Origin: Nitrospinales bacterium
GTDB taxonomy: Bacteria > Nitrospinota > Nitrospinia > Nitrospinales > VA-1
Length of the DNA: 64,000 nt
Direction of reading: 5' to 3'
Assembly: GCA_965262115.1 (NCBI GenBank)
Contig: OZ253496.1
Location: 2,016,001 to 2,080,000, forward strand
The position numbers were made by a program, and so were the translations under genes. Shown one piece after another: positions 20,452 through 31,000 of this stretch (positions are counted from its first letter, which is position 1; every line of letters starts with the position of its first letter). The notes beneath the pieces are model-generated. The model was given only the letters and a program-made list of their open reading frames with translations. It ran no database searches and was not told the DNA's origin.

Positions 20452-20881
20452 GTTTCCGGTGCGAGACCATGCTTCGTTTGAATAAGAATAAGGAAGACCT
20501 GCTACAGAAGGATATGGGGCAGATCAACCTTCTCTATCAACGGCAACAGGATCGAAAGCTGCTGATGCAGGATGCCACAGAGAATAGCAAGAATGAGCTG
20601 AACCAGAAGAAAAGATCGGGTGTTAGTAGTGAAACAATGATTTTGTATGACAATTTTGCCAGAGGAACCAGGATTCAAGGGGAGAGACAGGATAAAATAA
20701 TGTCTGAAATTAACACCAAGCTTGAGGCCAAGAAGGAAGAAGTGGCTGAAGCTATGCGAAAGCGCCGGACTATGGAAATATTGAAAGAACGGGATTTCTT
20801 GAAAGAGAAAAAATCATGGAAAAGAAGGAAACGGCGATCCATGATGAGGTGGCTTCCAATCTCTGGATAAGAAAATTTTGA
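20448..20881 (+). pseudogene. fliJ: Flagellar export chaperone FliJ, frameshifted near its 3' end
   Basis: Follows fliI; coiled-coil; one A missing in an A-run near 20810 separates KEKK from IMEKKETAIHDE. Confidence 0.65.
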
Positions 20882-20888
20882 TGGGCAA

Positions 20889-21528
20889 ATGATGAAGTTT
20901 AAACTAATTTCTATTTTTTTGATTGCGGCAGGTTTCATCCTGGCGGGAAGATCATACCTTGCCGGAAACCTGGAGTCTGCTTATGCCCAAGTGAAACAGC
21001 TCGATGAAAAGGCTGGGGAGGTCCGGGAAGGAGAAAAGGTATTGCCCGTAGAGGAGGAAAAAGAAAAAATCCAATTGCCGGGCCAGATGCCTGCGGTCAG
21101 CCCTGAAACGTTCAGGATGATAGAAACTATAGAAAATAAGAATCGCGAGCTTAAAAAACGGGAAGAGAAATTACGCCTCAAGGAAGTTCGGCTGGAGGCA
21201 TTGGAAGCCAAAGTCCGGAAAGACCTGAAAAAAAATTGAGCAAAGTATTTCCGAGTCGAAACATCAAATGGGAGTTCAAGATGAAAAGACCAGGAAAAAT
21301 GTGGAGGCTCTGATCAAGGTTTATTCCAGTATGAAACCGGAAGATGCGGCCAATCTGGTTGAAGCTGTGAATGAAGAGCTTGCTTTGCAAATTATTTCGG
21401 GAATGAAAAGTAAAATCGCGGGACAAGTTTTAAGCAAGCTGGATGTTAAAGTTGCCAAGCGAATCAGTGAAAAAATGGCTGGCAAGAAAGATAAGCCTGC
21501 GAGGGAATCCGCTCCTCCAGGCAACTAG
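20889..21528 (+). pseudogene. MotE/FlbB-like (MgtE_N) flagellar protein, frameshifted
   Basis: N-terminal TM helix plus coiled coil; +1 in the A8 run near 21230; C-terminal LIKVYSSMKPEDAA...MKSKIAGQVL. Confidence 0.75.
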
Positions 21529-21565
21529 CAGGTTGTCAAACTCGTTGACCAATGCAGTGGGCTGT

Positions 21566-22210
21566 TTAGTTCTTCAAGCTTTGGGAGGTTTCGGGAGATT
21601 CGGGATTGGTCATGCCAAAGGATATGATCATCTTCAAGCCTTCTTCCACGGACATTTCCATGGCAATGGTGTCCTTTTCCGGAACCATGAACAGGAATCC
21701 TGTCGTGGGATTGGGTGAGGTGGGGACAAATACATTGAGCATTTTTTCATCCGTCGCGTCCTTGATACCATCCGGTGTGTTGCAGCATACGATTCCCAGT
21801 GTTTTCAGTGGCTCGCGGGGATAGGTAATGAGAACCATTTTTTGAAAACTGGCTGTCTCGGTCAGGGAGAGGGTGTCCACAACCTTTTTGATACTCGTGT
21901 AAATAACCCGAACCACCGGAATTTGGTGAAGAAGTTTTTCTCCCAGGGCCACAATTTTTTTTCCGATAAAGTTTGTGCCAAACAGTCCCACCCCTATAAT
22001 AAACAGGGCGAGCAGGAGAAATCCCGTGCCCGGGATATTCCACTCCTCCAGCAACTGCATGCCTTGAGGCCCAAAGATTCCTTTGACCACCGGTGCCATG
22101 GCACTGTCTACGCGAGTGATGACAAAGGACAGGATTATATAGGTCAGGCCTGCCGGAATGGTTACCAGTAATCCGGCGATTAGATTTTTTTTGAATGTTT
22201 TTTTGAACAT
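21566..22210 (-). CDS. DUF502 family membrane protein
   Basis: IPVVRVIY, VFVPTSPNPTTGFL, EEGLKMIISFG. Confidence 0.9.
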   Translation of the reverse strand: MFKKTFKKNLIAGLLVTIPAGLTYIILSFVITRVDSAMAPVVKGIFGPQGMQLLEEWNIPGTGFLLLALFIIGVGLFGTNFIGKKIVALGEKLLHQIPVVRVIYTSIKKVVDTLSLTETASFQKMVLITYPREPLKTLGIVCCNTPDGIKDATDEKMLNVFVPTSPNPTTGFLFMVPEKDTIAMEMSVEEGLKMIISFGMTNPESPETSQSLKN

Positions 22211-22238
22211 GGAGGATTTCCTGCGGCCTGGTTTTCCT

Positions 22239-22841
22239 TTATTTCAGGGTCTTAATATGTTTTTTGACTTGAACGGATAATGCCGAATGACTGACTGAGG
22301 CCAATTCGACAAACCGTTGGTAAAAATGAATCGCAGATTTAATGTTTCCTTCATCTTCGTACAATACTGCAAGATTATAGTGGGTTCCCGCATGAGCTGG
22401 ATTGATTTTGAGAGCCTGGTTTAAAACGGACTTGGATCTTCCAAACAGGTCAATACGTTTATAGGCCACTGCCAGGTTGTTCAACGCCTCCAGATTCTCG
22501 GGGTCAATCAAGACCGCTTTTTGATAATTTCGAATAGCTCCAGGAAAATCTTTTTTGGCATAGTATACCACGCCAATATTATTATAAGGCTTTGCGTAAT
22601 CGGGGTTTAAATAAATAGCCCTGAGAAATTCTTCGATAGCCCGGTCGTATTGGCGCAATTCTTTGTAGATCACCCCTATATTGTTGTAAATGTTGGGGTT
22701 GTTGGCATCGAGTTTCACGGCTTTGGAATAATTTGTCAAAGCCTTTTCCCAATTTCGTGACTGCTGATAAAAAATAGCCTGATTGAAATAATAATCACTG
22801 CTTTTAAAAATATTTGGTTCCGATGGTGTCGAAAATGACAT
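22239..22841 (-). CDS. TPR-repeat protein (probably a C-terminal fragment of a longer gene)
   Basis: Multiple TPR repeats (YNNIGVIY..A..LNP). Confidence 0.75.
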   Translation of the reverse strand: MSFSTPSEPNIFKSSDYYFNQAIFYQQSRNWEKALTNYSKAVKLDANNPNIYNNIGVIYKELRQYDRAIEEFLRAIYLNPDYAKPYNNIGVVYYAKKDFPGAIRNYQKAVLIDPENLEALNNLAVAYKRIDLFGRSKSVLNQALKINPAHAGTHYNLAVLYEDEGNIKSAIHFYQRFVELASVSHSALSVQVKKHIKTLK

Positions 22842-22914
22842 TGAGTCGATTTCGGGTGCGAAAGTCGTTGCGGCTGGCTTTTCGGAGTTAAAGAGGCAAC
22901 AGGGGCTGGTTCCG

Positions 22915-23095
22915 GCATCATGGCCAGTTCCTGAACATACTGGATGTCTCCCCGAGCCGTATCCCCCGCCACCGACACATCAATGGTTGACGTGTCAAAC
23001 ATCGGGGCGGCCACGGCCCCGATAATTCCCATCACCAGTATCACGCTGATAATCTCAATCAGTGTGAAGCCTTTTGTATTTTTCAAATGCTTCAT
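22915..23095 (-). pseudogene. Type IV pilin/pseudopilin N-terminal remnant
   Basis: MKHLKNTKG|FTLIEIISVILVMGIIGAVAAP prepilin cleavage motif, then an abrupt switch to Pro-rich sequence. Confidence 0.75.
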
Positions 23096-23341
23096 GCAAC
23101 TCACTCTAGGCAGAAACGTGTGAAAAGCTCTCCAACTACAATTATAGGAGCGGAAAAAAGGGCTGTCAAAAAAGAACCGCCAGTTCTTCATGAGCCGCTT
23201 TAGATGGTTTTTACAGAAAAATTGTCAACCATTTTACCTGATTTTATTCATAGCGAATGGTATAAGGGTGATGTGGTGCCTCATACTGAATGTTATGTGT
23301 AAGAAAGCGATAGAAATCGAATATGGAGTAAGTAAGAAGCT

Positions 23342-24394
23342 ATGAGATACTTTTTATATAGGAAGAAAGGTAGAGAAGTCCTGCCCGTTGAGGACAAAGG
23401 CTCAAATAAACTGGCAAAAGAAAAATTAGAATCTTTCTACCAACAAAAGGAGCAATTAAAAATTCCAAAAAGATTTATCAATGAATGGGATAGTGTTGCA
23501 TTATTTCATTCACAAGGTGAGATAGAAAAAGCTAATGCCATTATGATTCCTGAAGAAAAATCTACATTTGCACTAAACAATACTTTAAATGACCTAACAG
23601 CCAAGGAATGGTTGCCTGAGACAGTTTCAGTGTTTAGTCAAAAAGGATTAGGAGCAAACCATAAAAATGCTCAAATTGAAAAACAACATCCAGCACCTTT
23701 TTCTTTTCAAGATATTGGGAGACTTTTACAATTTTATACTAAAGAAAATCAAAAAGTATTAGACCCTTTCTCAGGAGTGGCATCTACAGTAAAGGCTTGT
23801 GCCATAAATGACAGAATTGGATATGGAATAGAACTAAATTTGAAATACCATCAACTTGGCTTAGAGAGAATAGAAAAGGAAATATCTGATTCAAGCAAAT
23901 ACAAAAATAAACAAAGTCTGATTCACGGAGATAGTAAGAAAGAGATAAAAAAATTCAAGAAAGATTTTTTTGATTTTATCATTACAAGTCCTCCATATTG
24001 GAATATCTTGGATACTGTTGATCACAAAAATGGAGCGAGAGTGGAAAATGGATTAGATCATAAATATAGTGAAGAAAAAAACGACTTGGCAAATATTGAA
24101 GTATACAATAATTTTTTAGAAGAGTTATCCTCGTTTTTTAATAACTGTTCAAAATATCTAAAAAAGAATAAATATTTGAATGTTATTGTTAGTGACTTCA
24201 GGAAAAAAAATAAGTATTTTATTTTTCACGCAGACCTTGCTAGAGAAATTGAAAAGAAAGGAAATTTTCAAATTAAAGGAATCAGAATATTATATCAAAG
24301 ACACAAAAGCATTTACCCGTACGGTTACCCTTTCTCTTTTGTGCCGAATTTACATCACCAAAATGTCCTGATATTCCAAAACAGAAAGAAGTAA
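23342..24394 (+). CDS. DNA methyltransferase (motif I before SPPY; likely N4-cytosine)
   Basis: HPAPF, LDPFSGVAST, GIELN, ITSPPYW; AT-rich. Confidence 0.88.
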   Translation: MRYFLYRKKGREVLPVEDKGSNKLAKEKLESFYQQKEQLKIPKRFINEWDSVALFHSQGEIEKANAIMIPEEKSTFALNNTLNDLTAKEWLPETVSVFSQKGLGANHKNAQIEKQHPAPFSFQDIGRLLQFYTKENQKVLDPFSGVASTVKACAINDRIGYGIELNLKYHQLGLERIEKEISDSSKYKNKQSLIHGDSKKEIKKFKKDFFDFIITSPPYWNILDTVDHKNGARVENGLDHKYSEEKNDLANIEVYNNFLEELSSFFNNCSKYLKKNKYLNVIVSDFRKKNKYFIFHADLAREIEKKGNFQIKGIRILYQRHKSIYPYGYPFSFVPNLHHQNVLIFQNRKK

Positions 24395-25164
24395 TGATCG
24401 AATTGAACAAAATACATATTGGTGATTGCATTAAAGGAATGCAGAAAATTGAAAATGAATCTGTTGATTTAATAATTGCTGACCCACCATATAATTTGAA
24501 TAAAGATTTTGGCGAAAGTAGTGCGAGATGGAATAATACCTATGATTGGTTGAAATGGTCAAAGGCATGGATTGATGTTGGTATTTCAAAGTTGAAGCCA
24601 ACAGGCTCAATCTTTATTTATGGGATACATCATTATCTATGTTACATCCAAGTGTATTTATACGAAAAAGAATTAAATTACAGAAGACAACTAATTTGGC
24701 ATTATGAAAATGGGTTTTCTACTTATCAAAAAACACCTTCTGCTACTTATGAAGCCATCTTGTGGTTTTCAAAGTCGGACAAATTTACATATCATAAGAT
24801 TAGAGAGCCATACAAAAGTCAAAAAAGACTAAAAAATAAAATAACAAAAAATGGTAAAGTTTGGAAACCACATCCAGAGGGGAGACATACGGGGGATGTC
24901 TGGAATATTCCTGTTCTTGCAGGTAAAAGATTTGAAAAAGAAAAGGTAAATCATCCGACACAAAAACCCTTAAAACTTTGTGATAGAATCATCAATCATT
25001 TTTCTAATGAGGGAGATTTAGTGTTAATACCTTTTGGAGGTTCAGGAAGTGAGTGTGTTAGTGCTTTAAAAAACAAAAGGGAATTCATAGCTTTTGAGGC
25101 AAACAAAGGATACGTCAAGATTGCCAATATTCGGTTGGCCGAAGCCACTGACCTACTCCAATAA
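24394..25164 (+). CDS. Beta-class N6A/N4C DNA methyltransferase
   Basis: IADPPYN, HPTQKP, LIPFGGSGS. Confidence 0.92.
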   Translation: MIELNKIHIGDCIKGMQKIENESVDLIIADPPYNLNKDFGESSARWNNTYDWLKWSKAWIDVGISKLKPTGSIFIYGIHHYLCYIQVYLYEKELNYRRQLIWHYENGFSTYQKTPSATYEAILWFSKSDKFTYHKIREPYKSQKRLKNKITKNGKVWKPHPEGRHTGDVWNIPVLAGKRFEKEKVNHPTQKPLKLCDRIINHFSNEGDLVLIPFGGSGSECVSALKNKREFIAFEANKGYVKIANIRLAEATDLLQ

Positions 25165-25210
25165 ACCAGTTTGGGTAAATAATTAATGACTTTGTAGGTA
25201 TAAAAAGGAT

Positions 25211-26466
25211 GTGAAAATTTTCCACATCAGTTTAATGATTTAGAAAAATTATTTAATGCTCTTCTTGTTGTCAAGGAATTGATTGATGACGAAACACCTT
25301 TAAAAGACGATAATTTTGGAGAATTATTAGCTCGTAAACAGATTTATACTTATCGAGATAAGGTGCTCTCAATTGACCAGTTTTTAGCCCAGGAAGAGGC
25401 GAAGCCGAGAGCAAGTAGAGGATATTTAACTGTTGCCAGAGATATTAGGCGTTTGTTTCAGCTATTGGGATTTTTAACCGTATTTGAAGACAAGTCCGCT
25501 AAATTTAGCGTAGTAGGAATTCAATTATTAGCTTCTCCATCTGGTGAAATTAGAAAAGAGTTGTGGAAAAACGCATTCTTGCAGTTAGGCTTAGAAGGAA
25601 CGGACGGAGAAATCAGTCATCCATATAGGATTCTGCTCAAATTAGTTCGGGACAAACCTGGTTTAGAAACCCAAAAATTGATGCTAGCTTTAGAAGCGGA
25701 GAATAACTCTGATGAGGAGTATAAACGAATAATCAATCTTACGGCAAAGTCACTTGAAGAAATTATTGATAGCACAGGGACAAGCAATTCAATGGCAAAA
25801 AATGCTGTAAAAATATTACCAGCAATTGCTGAACAACTTGGTGATATTACAAGGCAAAATGGTAAAGCATCCCCAATTGGGGAAGTTGTTGTCACAGAGG
25901 ATGAAATTATAACAGAAATTCCTAATGAGGCAGTAAACGATCAAGGAATATTATATTCTCAATACAGAAAAGTTTTATCGGGTGATATTGCAAAAGACCC
26001 AATATTCAATAAGATTTCTACTGTTAGTATAGATTTAGCAGAATCAATAAGAATCAGGCAGGATAGACTTGCACTTTATCAGCAGATAGTTAGAAAATTA
26101 GGACTGATCTGCGATAAAAGAAGATTTGAGTTATACGAGGGTAAATTTGATTGTTTGGCATTAAAGCCAGAAAAAGCCTTACTTTTCGAAGGAAAGACAA
26201 TTAAAGATAGTTCTTCGGATCAAGAGAAACAAACAATAAAAGGCGTTGGGCAATTAAAATATTACAATTATTCAATTATCTATAAACAAATGAAATTTTC
26301 TAATGGGAAAGAATTTATTGTTTATTCGCAACAACCTAATGCGGATTTAATTGAATTCTGTCACTCTGAAAATATCGAAGTAGTCTGGATTGAGAATGAT
26401 GAATTTTTCATTGAAAATAGAGAAACTTTAGGAGCAATTAAATTTGACCCGTTGAATTTTATATAA
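25211..26466 (+). CDS. Putative type IIS-like restriction endonuclease (PD-(D/E)xK), possibly frameshifted at its start
   Basis: Follows two MTases; HPYRILLKL and FDCLA..LLFEGKT; RBS AAAGGA plus GTG at 25211 is one base out of frame with NFPHQFNDLEKL. Confidence 0.6.
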
Positions 26467-26475
26467 AGAGTACAA

Positions 26476-26790
26476 ATGAATAAAAAAGATAAAACTAAAA
26501 TTCAGATACTTGCTCGTGAAGGAAAGCAACTTTCAAAAATTATGTAGCAAGATTTTCCTGAATATGAGTATTGGGAAATTTATGAGGCTGTGCATGATGG
26601 TAGTGGTAAGAGTGTATTGGGTGTAAAACGAACTATAGCTAACCGCTTGGCAACCTTGACCAGCACTGGTAGAAGACAAGAGCGTAAGGCTGTAGTAAAA
26701 GAAGTTGAAGATTTGGTGTGGCATCTTTATAAAAGCCTAAAAACAGGCCAACAAAAGTTCCAGTCAATTAGAAAGATACTAGACAAATAA
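26476..26790 (+). pseudogene. Small hypothetical gene with an internal nonsense codon
   Basis: MNKKDKTKIQILAREGKQLSKIM*QDFPEYEYWEIYEAVHDG...; TAG at 26545-26547 in frame. Confidence 0.65.
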
Positions 26791-26791
26791 A

Positions 26792-26867
26792 ACATAACAA
26801 GGCCAATTAACGCAGATGATTTACTACGTTGCGCCCCGTAAATTTCCGGTTATGCGAGGTGTTACGC
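26792..26867 (+). other. Integron attC recombination site
   Basis: ACATAAC just after a stop; inner TAACGC/GGTTA boxes; central imperfect palindrome; GTTACGC followed by RBS and ATG. Confidence 0.7.
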
Positions 26868-26889
26868 CAATGAAAAGGAGAATACATGA

Positions 26890-27269
26890 ATGGCTACTAA
26901 AAGAATATTCATCAGCTTTGCGATTGAAGATTCTCAGTATCGTGATTTATTAAAAGGACAGTCACTTATACGACTTCACTATTTACATATACAGATATGT
27001 CTGCCAAACAAGCATGGGACAGTAAATGGAAAACTAATTGCCGTACCCGAATTAAAGGGTGCGATGGTGTTATTGCACTAATCAGCAAAAATACAAAAAA
27101 TGCAGATGGTGCTAAATGGGAAATGCAGTGCGCAAATGATGAGGAAATACCAATGATTGGCATACATATTCATAAAGATGATAAAGGGCAAATCCCACCA
27201 CAGTTGGCAAATAAAAATGTTGTTAACTGGTCATGGGATGCTATTGGGAACTTTATAAATGGGTTGTAA
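26890..27269 (+). pseudogene. TIR-domain protein (ThsB/DUF1863-like), single-base frameshift
   Basis: RIFISFAIED / DMSAK..W...CRTRIKGCDGVIALIS......WE..CA.....P.IGI; frame break near 26968. Confidence 0.8.
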
Positions 27270-27275
27270 AAATCA

Positions 27276-27773
27276 GTGGTAGCCTCACAGGATGAATATG
27301 GTGAGGCTTATAAACTTCATTTGCTTGAGCAATATAAGCTATATGTTGAAATGGCTGATAGGATAAGTAGTAGAAGGCAAACTGCAAATTCCTTTTTCTT
27401 GTCAGTTAATACAGCAGTTATTGTTTTAGTGGGATATGTAAACTTTGAGAGTAAAACAGTTTCTGAATTTTATTGGCTAGTTTCTCTCTCTGGCATAGCC
27501 TTATGTTTTATGTGGTGCAGGCTTATACGCTCTTATAGAGATTTGAATTCTGCAAAGTTCAAGGTTATCTGTGAAATAGAGGCGTTATTGCCTGTTTAAC
27601 TATATGGCATGGAGTGGAAGAATGTAGAGGAAGGAAGAAACTCAAAGCTATACTTACCATTTACTCATATAGAAATCTTCATTCCTTGGATATTTTTATT
27701 TATTCATGTATTTGTATTCCTCAAAGCAACATCCTTGTTCTCGGTTTTAATGCAGGTATGTGGTAGCAAATAA
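27276..27773 (+). pseudogene. Small multi-pass membrane protein (putative defence effector) with premature stop
   Basis: LEQYKLYVEMADRISSRRQTANSFF, TM helices, SYRDLNSAKFKVI; TAA at 27597-27599, frame continues to 27773. Confidence 0.7.
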
Positions 27774-27779
27774 ATAATG

Positions 27780-27852
27780 GTACAACAAAGCAAATTCACT
27801 TGGATGTCAAAAAGTGCCGCCTCGCTCTGCATCTTTATTTTGCCGGTGAAAG
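27780..27852 (+). other. Degenerate/truncated attC site
   Basis: GTACAAC..AAATTCACTTGGA...GCCGGTGA; terminal GTT box not found. Confidence 0.5.
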
Positions 27853-28003
27853 CATTGGCGGACCAAATGAGTAGCGGTGTTAGCTACTTCGAGCAGTTTG
27901 TCTGGGACTTGGAAAAGCGCGGGGTATCAAACATTGATGTTCCTGTAATGATTATTGGTATTGATGTGGATTAGTAACGAAAAGTATTTACAGCCGGGTT
28001 TGT

Positions 28004-29122
28004 TCAGGCGGGCAGTTGGCACATATCCTGGTGATTCGATTTGCGTTTGGAGTTTCCATTTTTCCCGTTAGGCTGGCTATAGCGGAAAACTTTTCCTTCA
28101 TAGTTGGTGATGACCACTTCATGTTCGTTGTGCTCGACGACACTGTTGGGGAGCAGTCTTACTTTGCCGCCTCCGCCCGGGGCGTCGATCACGAAATAGG
28201 GCACCGCCATGCCGGAGGTGTGGCCCATGAGGTCTCGCAAAATGTCGAGGCCTTTTTCTACCGAGGTGCGAAAGTGGTCGGTCCCCTCCGTCATGTCAGC
28301 CTGATAAATATAATAAGGTTTGATGCGGTTCTTCAGCAATTTCAGCATCAACTCTTTCATGATCTGTGAATCGTCATTGACCCCCTTTAGCAATACTGTC
28401 TGACTGCCTAAGGGGATGCCGCTGTCGGCAAGCATGGCACAAGCTTTTTCCACTTCAGGAGTGATCTCCGCAGGGTGGTTAAAGTGCATATTGAAATACA
28501 GTGGGTGGTATTTTTTTAATATCGAGCACAGGTTTTCCGTCACCCTGGCTGGCAAGGTTCCGGGAACCCGTGTGCCAATGCGAATGATTTCCAGATGCGG
28601 GATGGAGCGCAGCTCACCGAGGATTCTGTCCAGTTCTTTATCGGGGACGAGAAGCGGGTCTCCGCCGGACATGATCACGTCACGGATTTCAGGATTGTTG
28701 CGGATGTATTCAATGCCCTGTCTGAGTGTTTCACGGGTGACGATTCCGGGAAAACCGATTTTCCGCTTTCTCGTGCAGAACCGGCAGACAATGGGGCATT
28801 GGTTGTTGATCATCAGCAGTACCCGGTCCGGATAGCGATGCACCAACTCGGGAACGGGCATATCGCCTTCCTCATTAAGCGGATCGGAGACCAGGGTCTC
28901 TCCATCTATATAGTCGTCCAACTCTTCGAGGGTGGGTACCACCTGTTTCCATAAAGGGTCATTGGGACCCTTAATGAGATTCAGGAAATAGGAATTGATG
29001 CGTATGGGGTAGAGTTCGCCTACCTTCTTAAGTCGTTCCCTATATTCATGAGATTCGGGAATGAACGGCAGGTCTTCAATCTTCACCGCGCTCTGGCTGA
29101 GTTGTTGTTGCCAAGGCTCCAT
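28004..29122 (-). CDS. KamA-family radical SAM aminomutase
   Basis: HRYPDRVL, CPIVCRFCTRKR, SGGDPL, HFNHPAE, DAPGGGGK. Confidence 0.92.
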   Translation of the reverse strand: MEPWQQQLSQSAVKIEDLPFIPESHEYRERLKKVGELYPIRINSYFLNLIKGPNDPLWKQVVPTLEELDDYIDGETLVSDPLNEEGDMPVPELVHRYPDRVLLMINNQCPIVCRFCTRKRKIGFPGIVTRETLRQGIEYIRNNPEIRDVIMSGGDPLLVPDKELDRILGELRSIPHLEIIRIGTRVPGTLPARVTENLCSILKKYHPLYFNMHFNHPAEITPEVEKACAMLADSGIPLGSQTVLLKGVNDDSQIMKELMLKLLKNRIKPYYIYQADMTEGTDHFRTSVEKGLDILRDLMGHTSGMAVPYFVIDAPGGGGKVRLLPNSVVEHNEHEVVITNYEGKVFRYSQPNGKNGNSKRKSNHQDMCQLPA

Positions 29123-29143
29123 GTTTTTTCCTTATTTTTGTGG

Positions 29144-29243
29144 CCAGCGTGACGCTGGACTCAATTTGCAATAACTTTTGCTTGCTAGCAATCGTCCATG
29201 ATGTCTCAAACGAGCCCTTGCCAGTTGCCTCCACGGCTAGTGG
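29144..29243 (+). repeat. Family H repeat with hairpins at both ends
   Basis: CCAGCGTGACGCTGG ... core ... CCACGGCTAGTGG. Confidence 0.75.
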
Positions 29244-29248
29244 GAAGA

Positions 29249-29485
29249 TTAAGAATTGACCGGATAGGTCTTTTTAAGATAGTCGATGATTTCGTATTCA
29301 TCGTCAAGGACGACACCACCATCCACCAAAACCGGAACGGTGGTTTGCCCAGATATTTCGTGAACTTCCTGGCGCTGATGATGAGGCCAAGGGACATCTA
29401 TTTTTTCATATTCCAGACTCATTTGCGCCAGAACATCTCTAACCATAGCGCAGTAACCGCATCCGTCTAAATTATAGAGTTTCAT
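29249..29485 (-). CDS. Glutaredoxin / GST-N domain protein
   Basis: CGYC, SGQTTVPVLVD. Confidence 0.88.
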   Translation of the reverse strand: MKLYNLDGCGYCAMVRDVLAQMSLEYEKIDVPWPHHQRQEVHEISGQTTVPVLVDGGVVLDDEYEIIDYLKKTYPVNS

Positions 29486-29495
29486 AATTATAAAA

Positions 29496-30896
29496 CTACC
29501 TTGAGTCTTTTATGGCACAGGGCATCATCACCGCGTCGGCCATACCGTGAATTTTCTTTTTATCCTGTGGGCAAAGCGTCGCCAGAATTCCCGCCAGATG
29601 AGTGGTGTTTTCCACCACAAAATAGTAAGGCGTCAGCCGCACCCGGCTCTGCATGGTTTCCATCTGGCCCGAATTGCGGTCCAGATACGAAACCGGCACC
29701 CGTTTTCCCTTGTAAAACTTCTGTAAAATCGAAGTTTGGTCGGGGAATTGTTGCAAACCTTTCGTCAAGGTCTCCCGCCAAACTTCTCCAGAAACATCGT
29801 GCCCGACCACAACCCCCCGGCTTCCCCAGGATTCCGGTGAGAAACCCGAAGGCTTGATCACCATTTCGCGTTCCTTTTGGGTCAAACCCATCAATTCCTG
29901 CCAGTCCTGAACCGGAGCGCCTTTTAACTGCAATCCCGGAATCACCCCAAAAGGAGGCATGGAACGAGAATCGAGAACCCATGTTTCAGGAATTAGATGA
30001 GATAAGGTGTTAAAAGTTTCAGAACCCAATGCTTTTTCCCAATCCGCTTTCAGAGCAGGATGATGGAATAATGCAAAACTGAGTTTTTCCTCCAAGCAGG
30101 TTTTGTAAGGGGGGGTGGTCACGACCTGGCCCTTTTTTGCCGCATACATCATCAATTCGGATTTTGGGATGTTTTTGAGATCAAATAACTCGAAAAAACG
30201 ATACAGGACATCGATGCGAAGCCATTTCCCTTCATCCTGGATGAAAAGCCCCTCTTCGCGAAATTGAACCTCTTTGGGGTGCACCGTGTATGCCGGAAAA
30301 CCCTTTCCATTTAACAGGGTGGCCAGCCACTCCATCTCGCTTCGATAGTCATGGGCTTCATCAGAGACGACAATGGCGATGCAGGGATTTTCCCCCTTGG
30401 CCAGCGATTCGGCCATGTTGTAAAACAGCGATGGGATTCCACCCTCAGAGTCGCCAATAATCTGCCATGAGGGGTCTTTATAGAGGGACATGAGTTCAGC
30501 GGTCAGGCCGAACCCTCCGGGAACCGAGTCCAGTTCCGTCACAGCAAAGCCATCTTCCGTCACAATCACATCAGGTCTGATGATAGATGGCAAGGTCTGG
30601 CGAAACCGCTTCATTCGGCCAAACTCGATCAACTCGGCAGGTTTGCCTGCATCCAGATACTGATAGAACCACTTGGTTTCTTTGGCACTTTCCAGATAAA
30701 GTTTGTTCCAGGCGGAGTAGAATTTAAGGAGTTGGGGGCCAAGTTGGTGGAAAAACTCTGCGTCTTCTGAAGAGAGAAAAAACGGTTCCGGCGAAATCCG
30801 CCAGCGGTTTCCAGAATTTTCTGACTCCGCAAACAAGCCGGAACGGGTCAGCGAGGTCTGGATTTCAGTGCAAATGTTTTCAGGTTGGGCAATCAT
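29496..30896 (-). CDS. Putative ATP-grasp ligase (glutathionylspermidine-synthase / circularly permuted type)
   Basis: IRPD, TELDSVPGG, YRFFE, VIKPSGFS..WGSRGV, ILQKF. Confidence 0.6.
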   Translation of the reverse strand: MIAQPENICTEIQTSLTRSGLFAESENSGNRWRISPEPFFLSSEDAEFFHQLGPQLLKFYSAWNKLYLESAKETKWFYQYLDAGKPAELIEFGRMKRFRQTLPSIIRPDVIVTEDGFAVTELDSVPGGFGLTAELMSLYKDPSWQIIGDSEGGIPSLFYNMAESLAKGENPCIAIVVSDEAHDYRSEMEWLATLLNGKGFPAYTVHPKEVQFREEGLFIQDEGKWLRIDVLYRFFELFDLKNIPKSELMMYAAKKGQVVTTPPYKTCLEEKLSFALFHHPALKADWEKALGSETFNTLSHLIPETWVLDSRSMPPFGVIPGLQLKGAPVQDWQELMGLTQKEREMVIKPSGFSPESWGSRGVVVGHDVSGEVWRETLTKGLQQFPDQTSILQKFYKGKRVPVSYLDRNSGQMETMQSRVRLTPYYFVVENTTHLAGILATLCPQDKKKIHGMADAVMMPCAIKDSR

Positions 30897-31000
30897 GCGT
30901 CCTCAGACTAAAAAAATAAACCTTAATTGTCAAATTTGCTGTCAGCAGATAGGGTGTTACAATATCCACCTTATAATGTAACCACTTAGATAAAGAAACC

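Noticed and set aside
26545..27599. In-frame stops as evidence of genetic-code reassignment or selenocysteine/pyrrolysine
   Set aside because: Both TAG and TAA are involved, they occur beside frameshifts, and both codons terminate normal genes here.
27777..27974. 65-aa ORF after the defence cassette
   Set aside because: Its first half is the degenerate attC; the remainder is at most an unidentifiable gene fragment.
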